A stretch of 64,000 nucleotides of DNA, taken from the NCBI GenBank assembly GCA_023246355.1, contig JAHFIQ010000003.1, positions 85,018 through 149,017 of the forward strand, written 5' to 3'. Positions 48,313-57,659 of this stretch are shown piece after piece. Each line of letters starts with the position of its first letter. The stretch's first letter is position 1. Position numbers and translations under genes: made by a program. The DNA comes from Candidatus Uhrbacteria bacterium (GTDB lineage Bacteria > Patescibacteriota > Patescibacteriia > UBA9934 > GWF2-40-263). The notes under the pieces are model-generated. The model saw only the letters and a list, made by a program, of their open reading frames with translations. It made no database searches and was not told the DNA's origin.

Positions 48313-48400
48313 CAAAAAGACGTACCCGTGATATGTTCGCTACCGATCACTCGTACGTCTTTTTGTTTGTCTAAAAAGTCCGTAGTCGGACCTGACCCCA

Positions 48401-49366
48401 TTACTCCGGATACTCACTTACATACACCATGAAATACGAACCGTCGGCTAGCTCGGCGACGGCCATATCTTGGATGTAGCCGCTTCCGAGCGTGGAAGCC
48501 GCTGTGGCATCCAGGGCAATGTCGTCAGCCGTCCAGGTGGTTGCATCCGTTGTTGTGAACGAACGAATATTTGAATCAGGAAGAGAGAAACCAAATAGGC
48601 GCATCATGGAACCGTTAAACGTCGGATTAGAAATAATGTAGCCGCGCAGTGGAAGCTCAACGGTCGAAGGTGTCGTAAGGGTAAATGTTTTCCCGTCGGT
48701 TGAGGTTGCGTGATGTTGTTCCCCTGTCTTTTCATCCAACACAAACATATGCCACAGGCCATCAAAGAACATCGTGGAGGAATCGTTGAGATTATGTGTT
48801 GGGGATAGCGCAACACCTTTGTACGTAAACGCGATGCCGTCAGGACTCTCTGCATAGGCGATCCCCAGCGTGTTGTCCTGTTTCACGTTGGTCGTAAAAA
48901 ATAATCGGAAGGTTCCATCATCAAGCAAGACTATATCTGGATCACTTGGCGGGCGGTCAGACGTGGAAGGCCAATTGAGGCGCGTGGTGAAATGATAGGT
49001 CCACGTCTTCCCGTTGTCGCTTGAAATCGCCACAGGCATTGTTTCTTTTCCTTCTTCAATCCCTTGACCAATGTAGTACAGATAGATGGTTCCCTCGTCA
49101 GTCACTACCATGTCGGGAACGTTTCCCTGCTCGGTGAAAATCTCTCCCGTTGGTGTGAAATGAATCCCATCCGTGGAGGTTGCTGTAAGCAGTCGTCGTT
49201 CTCCTGCACTGGCAGGTGGTGGATTTTCTGCTTTTTCCGTTGGCGGAGTGAAATCACTCGTCTGTGTCTGTACGTCCGCATCACTCACGGACGATTCACT
49301 TGCCGATGAACAACCAAACCCAAGTATGACGATTCCCATCAGCACAAAAGATAGATATTTTTTCAT
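48401..49366 (-). CDS. Lipoprotein with sialidase/GH43-like beta-propeller (Asp-box repeats)
   Basis: ILGFGC lipobox; STDGIHF, SSDNGKTW, SPDGIAF, STDGKTF. Confidence 0.75.
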   Translation of the reverse strand: MKKYLSFVLMGIVILGFGCSSASESSVSDADVQTQTSDFTPPTEKAENPPPASAGERRLLTATSTDGIHFTPTGEIFTEQGNVPDMVVTDEGTIYLYYIGQGIEEGKETMPVAISSDNGKTWTYHFTTRLNWPSTSDRPPSDPDIVLLDDGTFRLFFTTNVKQDNTLGIAYAESPDGIAFTYKGVALSPTHNLNDSSTMFFDGLWHMFVLDEKTGEQHHATSTDGKTFTLTTPSTVELPLRGYIISNPTFNGSMMRLFGFSLPDSNIRSFTTTDATTWTADDIALDATAASTLGSGYIQDMAVAELADGSYFMVYVSEYPE

Positions 49367-49419
49367 ATGAATAAAGTATACCTGAGTTTGCCTTTCTAGG
49401 TGAAAAAACGCTATCCTTC

Positions 49420-50448
49420 ATGTATATGAAAAAGTCTTTTTTCTTTTTGTCACTGTTACTCATGGGAGCCGGGTGCGCGAGCATCGAGCCTGCAGAATCT
49501 ATTCCTGAAACGAATTCAACCCAGATCGAGGATCCTGTTTCTGTGGATGTAGACGATGCACAAACTGAACCTGTTGTGCAGGACGAAACAGCCACATCTC
49601 AGGACTCTTCGGAGGACCAAACCGACACATCTTCTGTCCAAGTCGTCGACGACAACACCAATATTGTTGGTTCACTTTTTACAACGGCTCAGGGCGCTGT
49701 AGACACTCGTTCACTGTCCTCCCCTGCGCGCAATAGCCTCTACTCGTGTACCGCAACAAAAATGGGAACAGCTCTTGATCGATCCTGGGTGGGTGAAGAT
49801 GGCGTGATTGCGCTTGCCGATAAACCTGTGGTCGAAGGATCGATTGACTGGGAGAGTTCACTCAACGTCGCTGTAGATTCCGCTGTGCGCCTGATCACAG
49901 GCAACGGTCTCCCAGATCATAAAACTGGTGGATTTCCTGTGCGCCCAGGATCTGAGGCAAGCTCCTATGACCGCAATCCAAATCGTATTTCCAGCTACTC
50001 CCTGAGCTATGAAATTCCTGCGGACCCGGTGATCGCCGAGGAACCAGGCTGTCTCCCCATGGGACCGATCGGGGTGATGCTCACCGGAGCGGTTTTCTAC
50101 AACGCGCTGGATGCAGACAACCGCGATGCTGTCGCCAATGAAGTTTTCGATGCCTGCGAGGGACACCCACAGGATCGTGGTCAGTACCACTACCATCACC
50201 TCTCGTCGTGCATGGACTATGAAGATGGCATAGGACACTCTCCGTTGATCGGCTATGCGCTCGATGGCTTTGGCATCTACGGACCGTTTGGAGATGATGG
50301 ATCTGTGATCACGAATGCGGATCTCGATGAATGCCACGGGCATGTAGGGATGGTCGAAGATGAGAATGGCAGCATCCTAGAAATCTATCATTACCACGCC
50401 AACAACGAATTCCCCTACACGCTGGGCTGCCTCAAAGGCGAGAAATAG
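49420..50448 (+). CDS. YHYH-domain lipoprotein
   Basis: MGAGC lipobox; GQYHYH, IGYALDGFGIYGP, LDECHGH, YHYH..FPY..GC. Confidence 0.9.
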   Translation: MYMKKSFFFLSLLLMGAGCASIEPAESIPETNSTQIEDPVSVDVDDAQTEPVVQDETATSQDSSEDQTDTSSVQVVDDNTNIVGSLFTTAQGAVDTRSLSSPARNSLYSCTATKMGTALDRSWVGEDGVIALADKPVVEGSIDWESSLNVAVDSAVRLITGNGLPDHKTGGFPVRPGSEASSYDRNPNRISSYSLSYEIPADPVIAEEPGCLPMGPIGVMLTGAVFYNALDADNRDAVANEVFDACEGHPQDRGQYHYHHLSSCMDYEDGIGHSPLIGYALDGFGIYGPFGDDGSVITNADLDECHGHVGMVEDENGSILEIYHYHANNEFPYTLGCLKGEK

Positions 50449-50462
50449 AAAAACGCCCCTGG

Positions 50463-51155
50463 TTAGGAGACGTCAAGAAGGAGTGCTGACGCATTTTCAA
50501 TTTGGCCATCCTCGTGCAGCAGTGCACGAAGGGCATCGCGGGCTTCGACCAGCGTTGGGCGATCAAGAAGAGCCGCGAGCGCTCGAGAGGTCATGAGATG
50601 ATCATCGAGCACACGCCAGACTTCGTCAGTGGCAAGCAGCACCCACCTGCCAGCATGAAGCTTGTCGATGATGCGAACCGTCGGGGTAGATGGAACGTGA
50701 GACGCTCGGTCACCGAGTGAACGCGTCAACCTTCCTTTGTATCCTTGATGATCCTCTGTGAGCTCAATCACGTGGTGTCTGGTGACAAGCGCGGCGCGCG
50801 AATCTCCGACATGCGCCACAACCACGCGATTCGGTGAATGGTCAAACATGACCAGAGTCGTTCCGCCTTTGTAACGGCGTTTCAGCTCCATGTCGATGAC
50901 CTCACAGGCATGCGTGAGAGACAGGATCGGACAGCCGGTCGCATATCCGTTTTCACGCAACAACACAGGCAGACGCCGGGAGGCGAACTCCGCGGCATCG
51001 TCTCCGTCTTCTCCGTGACCATCGGCAACAATGCCGATCACGGATCCTGAATGAAGCCAGTCATCTTGCACGTACAGTCGATCAGCCTGATGAGGCCGTG
51101 AACCCCGCATCGCAAACCCTGCCCAACGATCAGAGCGAATCAGCATGAACCGCAC
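50463..51155 (-). CDS. PP2C-family Ser/Thr phosphatase-like protein
   Basis: GIVADGHG, GGTT, AHVGDSRA, LTEDH, LTRSLGD, LLATDEVW. Confidence 0.85.
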   Translation of the reverse strand: MRFMLIRSDRWAGFAMRGSRPHQADRLYVQDDWLHSGSVIGIVADGHGEDGDDAAEFASRRLPVLLRENGYATGCPILSLTHACEVIDMELKRRYKGGTTLVMFDHSPNRVVVAHVGDSRAALVTRHHVIELTEDHQGYKGRLTRSLGDRASHVPSTPTVRIIDKLHAGRWVLLATDEVWRVLDDHLMTSRALAALLDRPTLVEARDALRALLHEDGQIENASALLLDVS

Positions 51156-51205
51156 CTAAAGCTCGGCCGAAATAGTACCCGTTTTTACAAAATCGAACAA
51201 GGGAT

Positions 51206-52498
51206 CTATTCCCAGGCTTTTTCTTGACGTACGAGGAGGTCTTGCGCACGCAAGGGTTCTGCCATGACATCCTTCACCACCCGTTCCATGCGTGCGGACT
51301 GAGAGCCTTTGACCAAAATGATGTCGCCTTTTTTGATGTGTGGATCTAGCCAGCGACCCGCCTCTATTGCATCGGAAACATGTTGTGTGTGATCCTCCGG
51401 AATGCCGGACTCAATCGCGCCGCGCTGTGTGTGCAGCGACAACTCGCCAACCGTGATGAGCAGATCCACGCCAGCCTCGGCCGCGCGCATGCCCAGCATT
51501 CGGTGCTCACTCTCGCTCGCGGGTCCAAGCTCTGCCATGTGACCCAACACTGCGATGCGGCGACCAGGATCAACAGGGGTAAACTCCTTGAGGACCTCCA
51601 GAGCCGCGGCCATAGATGCGGGCGCGGCATTGTAACTGGCGTCCAAAATCAACGATCCTTTAATTCCTGGAATCGGGTTCATACGCCCAGGTTCAAGTTT
51701 GACCTCTGAAATCTTTGAAAGAATCTCATCATGGGTAAGCCCAAGGTGCTTGGCAATCGCGATCGCAGGAAGAAACGCACTGACATTTGCCTTTCCCAGG
51801 ATATTCACGAGCTCAAGTGCAAGTTGATCGTGATCGGTGGAGGTGACATCGACCTTGACCGTTGAAAATGTTTCCCCAGGTTCAAAAGAAAAATCCGTAC
51901 GCGTGGTCAATGTGTAGTTGCTTGCGTGGACCTGTGCAGATTCCGAAAAACCGTACGTGACCACAGGAGCCGCTGCGTGACCTGCTGTTCCCATCACAAG
52001 AGCATCATCGGCATTCAAGACACAGAGTCCATCAGGTGCTGTGCGCGAGAGAAGCACGGCTTTTTCCTCCGCAAGCGCTGGGATCGAGGGAAAAAACTCC
52101 GCATGCACCGGCGAGATTCGAGTAAGAACAGAAATGTTCGGACGCGCGATCTCACACAGATGCGCCATGTCGCCAGGATGATCGATCCCGTACTCGAGCA
52201 CAAAGACCTGCGGGACTTCGTGAGGTGTGGAAAGCAAAATCTTCAGCCATCCGAAAATAGATTTGCCTGGTGACATGACTCCCAAAATAGTGAGAGGGAC
52301 ACCAAACTCGTTGTTGTAATTTTTGATCGTCGAAGCGACCTGAAACTTTGCCGACAGAATCGTCGCAATCGCATTGCGAACGCTGGTTTTTCCAACTGAA
52401 CCTGTCACCGCGATGATGAGAGGCTTGTGCGCAGCAATAACCTTCTGAGCTTTTTTGGTGATCAAATTTTGGATGAATCGCTTCATAAAATTATTCAA
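51206..52498 (-). CDS. murF: UDP-N-acetylmuramoyl-tripeptide--D-Ala-D-Ala ligase
   Basis: AVTGSVGKTS, NNEFGVPLT, DASYNAAP, LGHMAELG, LVKGS. Confidence 0.95.
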   Translation of the reverse strand: MNNFMKRFIQNLITKKAQKVIAAHKPLIIAVTGSVGKTSVRNAIATILSAKFQVASTIKNYNNEFGVPLTILGVMSPGKSIFGWLKILLSTPHEVPQVFVLEYGIDHPGDMAHLCEIARPNISVLTRISPVHAEFFPSIPALAEEKAVLLSRTAPDGLCVLNADDALVMGTAGHAAAPVVTYGFSESAQVHASNYTLTTRTDFSFEPGETFSTVKVDVTSTDHDQLALELVNILGKANVSAFLPAIAIAKHLGLTHDEILSKISEVKLEPGRMNPIPGIKGSLILDASYNAAPASMAAALEVLKEFTPVDPGRRIAVLGHMAELGPASESEHRMLGMRAAEAGVDLLITVGELSLHTQRGAIESGIPEDHTQHVSDAIEAGRWLDPHIKKGDIILVKGSQSARMERVVKDVMAEPLRAQDLLVRQEKAWE

Positions 52499-54257
52499 TG
52501 CTTCTTACAGGAGGAACCTCGAAATACTGTAGCAGAAACTCGGCGATTTCCCCAAACAAGGGCGCGGCGGTCGATTCGGCCCAGACCACGTCTTTTGGAT
52601 TGTCGATGCGCACGATCATGGCAAATTTTGGATCCTCAACCGGACCAAATCCCGCAAAGGAGCCGATGGTATTGTCAGAGGCATACCCGATTCCATCCGT
52701 CCTTGCCACTTGAGCTGTCCCTGTCTTCCCACCGATATAGTACCCAGGGACGCCGGCACGCTTTCCATGTCCGTATTCCACCACCGAGACAAGCATGGCT
52801 GCCAGGGTCCTGGCGGTTTTAGAATCAATGACTTGCGCGAGATCTTTCGTTTCACGTTTTTCAACGCTTCCATCGGCATGGCGAATTTCATCCACAATGA
52901 GCGGCTGTTTTAACATCCCGCCATTGGCAATGGCTGCGTAGGCCATCACGATCTGCAAAGGCGTTACCGTGATGCCTTGTCCGAACGTCGCGGTGGCAGA
53001 ATAAATTTCTGATGCGTTATCCAACGAAGAGATATCCCCACTTGATTCTGTCTCAAGTTCAATCCCGGTTGGAGAGCCAAACCCAAACGCATGAACGTAC
53101 TGCTCAAACACGGTCATGCCCATCGCCCGCATGGCAAAAATCATGCCTGTGTTGATGGAGTCTTCCAAGACCTGCGTCATCCCGACCGTCCCGTACACTT
53201 TTCCTTCCGCGTTCCCGATCGGCTTGGGCCATCCATCCACCATCACAGATCCGGTGTCTGTAAACGTCGTGGTCGGCGTGACAGCCCCCACATCCACGGC
53301 CGCGGCCATGGTGATCGGTTTAAACACAGAGCCTGGCTCATAGGAACCAAAAATCGCTGGATTGTTAAACACGTCAATGGAATCCACCTCACCGTAGTGG
53401 TTGGGATCAAAGTCAGGCGCGCCACACATGGCTAAAATTTTTCCCGTGGCTGGATCGACAATAATAATGCTTCCTCCCTCAGCACCATGTTTCAATACCG
53501 CTGCCTGGAGCGTTGAGCAGGCTTTGTATTGAATGGTTCTGTCGATCGTGAGCACGACATCAGATCCATCAACCGCAGGAATAAGATCTTGGTCTGCCAC
53601 GGCGATCAAACGTCCAGCAATGTCGCGTTCTGAACGAAGTGAGCCTGCGCTACCTGTCAGCACGTCATTAAAATATCCTTCGATGCCGTACTTTCCCGAG
53701 ACGCTCCCATCTTCATTTGCGCCAACAAAGCCAAGCACATGTCCGCTCATCTCAGGCTCGGGATAGACTCGAGAAGACTCACGGACATACGAGATTCCAG
53801 GAAGATCAAGATCGAGAATCTTTTGCAAGGTTGCATCATCGACTTCCCTTTCGATCGGTTCATACGGATCTTCCGGTTGATCAAGACGTTCTTCCAGGAG
53901 GAGAATAGCTTCATCGTCATAGCCAAAAATTTCTCCAAGAGCCTCTGCGGTATCGTCTGGTTCATCCACGAGCCTTGGATCGGCCCAGATAAACGCCAGC
54001 TCTTCATTGGTGGCCACAGGCACGATCGTCTCGTCCTTGTAGTCATGCAAATAAATATCTCCGCGCTCGGGAATCAATTCTTGAAACAGCTCATGCTGGC
54101 CGCTGGCAAGGGCCTCATAATAATCGTGTTCCAACACCTGCAAGACAACGAGCTTTAACACAATCACCCCAGCAAACGCCACAAGCGCATATCGAAACAC
54201 CTCCAGACGAATGTCCAGATCTCCACGCGCTGATGGTCCCCATCTGCCTCGTTTCAT
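52491..54257 (-). CDS. Class B penicillin-binding protein (FtsI/PBP2-like)
   Basis: TM, RGDIY, YEPGSVFK (SxxK), SIN (SxN), GKTGTAQ. Confidence 0.93.
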   Translation of the reverse strand: MKRGRWGPSARGDLDIRLEVFRYALVAFAGVIVLKLVVLQVLEHDYYEALASGQHELFQELIPERGDIYLHDYKDETIVPVATNEELAFIWADPRLVDEPDDTAEALGEIFGYDDEAILLLEERLDQPEDPYEPIEREVDDATLQKILDLDLPGISYVRESSRVYPEPEMSGHVLGFVGANEDGSVSGKYGIEGYFNDVLTGSAGSLRSERDIAGRLIAVADQDLIPAVDGSDVVLTIDRTIQYKACSTLQAAVLKHGAEGGSIIIVDPATGKILAMCGAPDFDPNHYGEVDSIDVFNNPAIFGSYEPGSVFKPITMAAAVDVGAVTPTTTFTDTGSVMVDGWPKPIGNAEGKVYGTVGMTQVLEDSINTGMIFAMRAMGMTVFEQYVHAFGFGSPTGIELETESSGDISSLDNASEIYSATATFGQGITVTPLQIVMAYAAIANGGMLKQPLIVDEIRHADGSVEKRETKDLAQVIDSKTARTLAAMLVSVVEYGHGKRAGVPGYYIGGKTGTAQVARTDGIGYASDNTIGSFAGFGPVEDPKFAMIVRIDNPKDVVWAESTAAPLFGEIAEFLLQYFEVPPVRSIE

Positions 54258-55447
54258 AATCCAAGTCCAAAACTAAACAACGATCCCTTTCCTCGTGGAT
54301 TTTTTCCTGAACGCACCTCATCCCCATCACTCACCCCATCGCCGTCCGTATCAGCGCGGCCTCGATCTGTTCCATAAAACGCTTCCAAAATATCATCGAG
54401 TCCATCGCCATCTTGGTCATCGGATGCTTCGACAGTGGTGACGGGCAAGCGCGCAGTCTGCTCATCCAAGAGTGTAGCCTCGCCCAAACTTAGACTCGCT
54501 CCCGCAGACTCAGGAAACACGGCATGCAAAATATCCACAAACGAAATGGCATCAGAAGGCGCGGCGATGTCGCTCATCTCGTTGAACTTGGAAAAATCCA
54601 CGCGTGCATCAACCGGAATCAGATCCGTACTCCCCTCCTGTACAAATCCACCGGCCGCCTGCACTCGATACAGAACGTGGTCATCCATGCCGATCCAAAA
54701 CCGAAGCGTGAGTCGTGCGAGTTGCTTGGCCTGCGTGTGAGCAAGAATTCGATCTGTATCTTCTGGTTCCTTTCCTTCTTTGGCGCGAACAGCATCGAGC
54801 AGGAATGCTTCTGTTGCATCTTGATCAAACCTCCCGTCAATGATGTGGGTGTTGGTGCCATCGATGATCTCGGTAAGACCGTTATACTCGGCCACGACGA
54901 TATCGGTCAGCGCCAGCATGTAGCGAAGTCGAGTGATCGCGGCGGGATTCCAACCCGTCAGCGGCGTGATGAAGGTAAGCGGCGCCTGAAGCCCAGGCAC
55001 GATCTCACCCCAGCCTTCTATCTCTCCCTCATCAAAGACCACCCAGGTGTCACCATCAAATGACACACCTGGCACAGCAGGTCCAGGCACAGCGTAAGTC
55101 AGATACGTTTTTTCACCGATCGTCTTTACTTCACCTGAGAGATCTGTGTAATCATCGTTTTTGGAAATATGAATCACGCGAAACTCTGTATCCTGTTCTA
55201 GATTCTCGTCCTCATCAGCCTGCACATTGCCTGAGGCATACAAAGTCGTGCTCACACGTTCCCCGCCTTGCTCGCGGCTCCAGCTAAAACCGTCGTCATG
55301 GGAAAAACTCGAGAGACTCGCCATGGCAATGGCCATGCGCCGCATCTCAACCTCAGGTCGAAACTTGGTGAGCACCACGTAAGCAGCAAACGTCAAAGCC
55401 ATCACGACCACCACGCCAAGGGTTATAAATGTCAATAGGTGTTTCAT
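54254..55447 (-). CDS. Membrane-anchored surface protein with C-terminal Ca-binding DxDxDG (TSP3-like) repeats
   Basis: N-terminal TM from ATG 55447; DQDGDGLDD, DTDGDGVSDGDEV. Confidence 0.75.
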   Translation of the reverse strand: MKHLLTFITLGVVVVMALTFAAYVVLTKFRPEVEMRRMAIAMASLSSFSHDDGFSWSREQGGERVSTTLYASGNVQADEDENLEQDTEFRVIHISKNDDYTDLSGEVKTIGEKTYLTYAVPGPAVPGVSFDGDTWVVFDEGEIEGWGEIVPGLQAPLTFITPLTGWNPAAITRLRYMLALTDIVVAEYNGLTEIIDGTNTHIIDGRFDQDATEAFLLDAVRAKEGKEPEDTDRILAHTQAKQLARLTLRFWIGMDDHVLYRVQAAGGFVQEGSTDLIPVDARVDFSKFNEMSDIAAPSDAISFVDILHAVFPESAGASLSLGEATLLDEQTARLPVTTVEASDDQDGDGLDDILEAFYGTDRGRADTDGDGVSDGDEVRSGKNPRGKGSLFSFGLGL

Positions 55448-55448
55448 A

Positions 55449-55576
55449 CAGACCTTTGCAAAAATCGATGAGATTGCGATGCGCGGGGAAGCCAGCCGCC
55501 GAGACGTAGGTAATCCTACGTTGAGGTGGTGGCGGGGCCCCGCAAGTCGCAAGATCGCGAGTTTTGCAAAGGTCTA
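55449..55576 (+). repeat. ~128-bp structured MITE-like element, copy D
   Basis: CAGACCTTTGCAAAAATCG ... CGAGTTTTGCAAAGGTCTA. Confidence 0.92.
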
Positions 55577-55582
55577 TAACAA

Positions 55583-55606
55583 AAGAGACAGCGTTTGCTG
55601 TCTCTT
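55583..55606 (-). terminator. Putative terminator after the DUF4178-like gene
   Basis: AAGAGACAGC-GTTT-GCTGTCTCTT hairpin. Confidence 0.55.
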
Positions 55607-55612
55607 ATTCTA

Positions 55613-56056
55613 TCAAAGTTCGGTCACATCGTCTTCTGAAACATACCTCCCCAGGTAGACCAGATTCTCCCCTGTTTCCTCGTTGCCGATGATTCTCAAA
55701 ATTTCACCTTCTGCTGTTTGATAATCGCTCACGAGAAACGTGTCGTCGACTTCGGCCACGGATTCACCGTTGGTGTCCATGACCGTGCCAGCTTCCTCAG
55801 AGGTGAATTCGTATTCCTTCTCTTTGAGCGTGACCGTGTCGCCTTCTGGCTCGATTTCGTCGTCGATCTCTTTGAAGAAAATAAGCTCTTCGTCTTTGAG
55901 GGACACAGAGAACAGATTTCCCTCGTCATCATAGAACCAACGCAGCTTTGCGCCGTCGTCGATTTCGATTTGCGCGTGACCAACGTAGGTAAACGGATCC
56001 GTGCCAATTTTGAGTGCGTCACCTAAATGTAGTCTCCAAAGGTCTTTGATCGTCAT
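55613..56056 (-). CDS. DUF4178-like acidic protein
   Basis: LHLGD, YEFTSEEAG, YLGRYV pattern. Confidence 0.55.
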   Translation of the reverse strand: MTIKDLWRLHLGDALKIGTDPFTYVGHAQIEIDDGAKLRWFYDDEGNLFSVSLKDEELIFFKEIDDEIEPEGDTVTLKEKEYEFTSEEAGTVMDTNGESVAEVDDTFLVSDYQTAEGEILRIIGNEETGENLVYLGRYVSEDDVTEL

Positions 56057-56305
56057 AATGGTTCCTCCTTAAAAATACAGGAGGATTAAAACACGCCAAC
56101 GCTTTTGTGTCTACTCCTCTAGTTTTCCCCACCCAAGTTGGGAGCCTGGCTCCCAACTTTTGGCTTATTTTAGCTACGTACCCTTGACAAAACCGTCAAA
56201 ATATGATATCTTACTCGCCTCAGAATGTGGCGGGTTATCTGAGTGACGGACAGAAGTCACTGAGACCACCCGCTGCTTCTGCAGCACTTTTCCCAGGAGT
56301 ACATC

Positions 56306-56986
56306 TTGTCTGTTCCCCAACTCAAGCCGCCGTTCGCGCGCGTCTTCCTGATGATCCGCATCAACCCGCGGAAGGTCAGCCGCTTCGAGCAAGCCGGCAT
56401 CCGTATCGTCCGGCGCACGGCCGAGCGTGACGAGGCCATCCGTGCGAGGCATGCCGAGCAGGTCGGCGAGGAGAAGTACGAACGGTTCGGACTCCGGCAG
56501 GACGCGGAGGGCAACCTTCGCGGCCACTCGGGAGAACCCGTGTTCGGCTTCAACCGCAAGGGCATCCCCCACGAAGCGATCAAGCTGTTCCACCTCCACG
56601 ACGACCTCCAGACGGCCGGCTACAGGCTGATCCGGATGGAGATCGTGATCAAGCCGCGCACGGAGGAGAACAAGCTCGAGAAGAAGCCCGACATGGGCGT
56701 GCTGGTCCTGGCCTACGAGCAGGAAGGCACGGAGGTCGCCCTCACGCAGCTTCAGCTCCAGATGCTCGGCAACGAGCTCTCACGCTACTTCCAACACGTC
56801 CACGTCTGGGACAACAGGGACGCCGACGGCTCTGCCGCGGTGAACCCGTCCCACGTGGTCGAGGAGAAGGACGAGGGGAAGCTCACCGACCCGCGCCTGC
56901 TGCGCCTCCAGATCCTCGACAGCGGGGAGCCGGAGTGGATCAACGAGCCCGAGGCGGCCCCTGCCGCGATGGCCGCCAACGGCTAG
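56306..56986 (+). CDS. Hypothetical protein (very GC-rich codon usage)
   Basis: AGGAG before TTG; TTGACA promoter at about 56184; strong G/C third positions; hairpin downstream. Confidence 0.75.
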   Translation: MSVPQLKPPFARVFLMIRINPRKVSRFEQAGIRIVRRTAERDEAIRARHAEQVGEEKYERFGLRQDAEGNLRGHSGEPVFGFNRKGIPHEAIKLFHLHDDLQTAGYRLIRMEIVIKPRTEENKLEKKPDMGVLVLAYEQEGTEVALTQLQLQMLGNELSRYFQHVHVWDNRDADGSAAVNPSHVVEEKDEGKLTDPRLLRLQILDSGEPEWINEPEAAPAAMAANG

Positions 56987-57081
56987 CAACGCACTGCCCC
57001 GTGCGAAGAAGAGTCCCCGCGTGATTTCGATCACCGGAAACGAGACTCGACTTCGCGCGGGGCTCTTCTTATCCAAAAAAT

Positions 57082-57627
57082 CTACCGTCGATACAAAAAG
57101 ACATTCGGCTGACCTTGTGCCATATCGATGACGTCATCTTCCCAACCATCGATCGGCCAAACATAACTCACGACTCTGGCTCCTGGTTTCAATTCCGCTT
57201 CCAGCTTTGGACGGATTTTTTTGTAGGCCGCGGGCATGAGAAATAGATAAACCACGTCGTAATCTGAGAGGGGGTGCTTGAATACATTTCCAAGGACGAT
57301 TTCAGGAAAAGTGACGATCGCAAAATTTTGAAACTTTTTTTGCGATCGCAAAAAGGCCACCTGCATTTTTGCGATCGTCCACTGGAGCAGGGACAACTCC
57401 ACTCCCACGATCCTTCCTGCCTGAGTCGTTTGTGCTAGATGCCGACAGACGCGTCCATTCCCACAGCCAAGCTCCACAAACATTTCCCCTGGTTGCAGAG
57501 CTACCAACCGCTCGATTCGTTTCAAATCCTTCTTCCACGTCGGCACCCACGGCGCGCCTTGGGTACTGGCATAAGCAACAGAGGCAAGAAGAATCAACCC
57601 GAGACTCAACAAAATATTTGGAACCAT
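57082..57627 (-). CDS. Membrane-anchored class I SAM-dependent methyltransferase
   Basis: GAPWVPT, VELGCGNGR, GVELS, VVYLFL, ELKPGARVVS. Confidence 0.9.
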   Translation of the reverse strand: MVPNILLSLGLILLASVAYASTQGAPWVPTWKKDLKRIERLVALQPGEMFVELGCGNGRVCRHLAQTTQAGRIVGVELSLLQWTIAKMQVAFLRSQKKFQNFAIVTFPEIVLGNVFKHPLSDYDVVYLFLMPAAYKKIRPKLEAELKPGARVVSYVWPIDGWEDDVIDMAQGQPNVFLYRR

Positions 57628-57659
57628 ACGACAACAAGTATAACAAAAAACCGCCGCGA

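Noticed and set aside
48126-48432. Short ORFs downstream of the tRNA
   Set aside because: They lie over palindromic non-coding structure and have no protein-like features.
41747-55552. Long N-terminal extensions in the ORF track for grpE, the antitoxin at 47324 and the 54254 gene (also murC and dnaJ)
   Set aside because: These are read-through of stop-poor repeats; family homology begins at the downstream ATGs.
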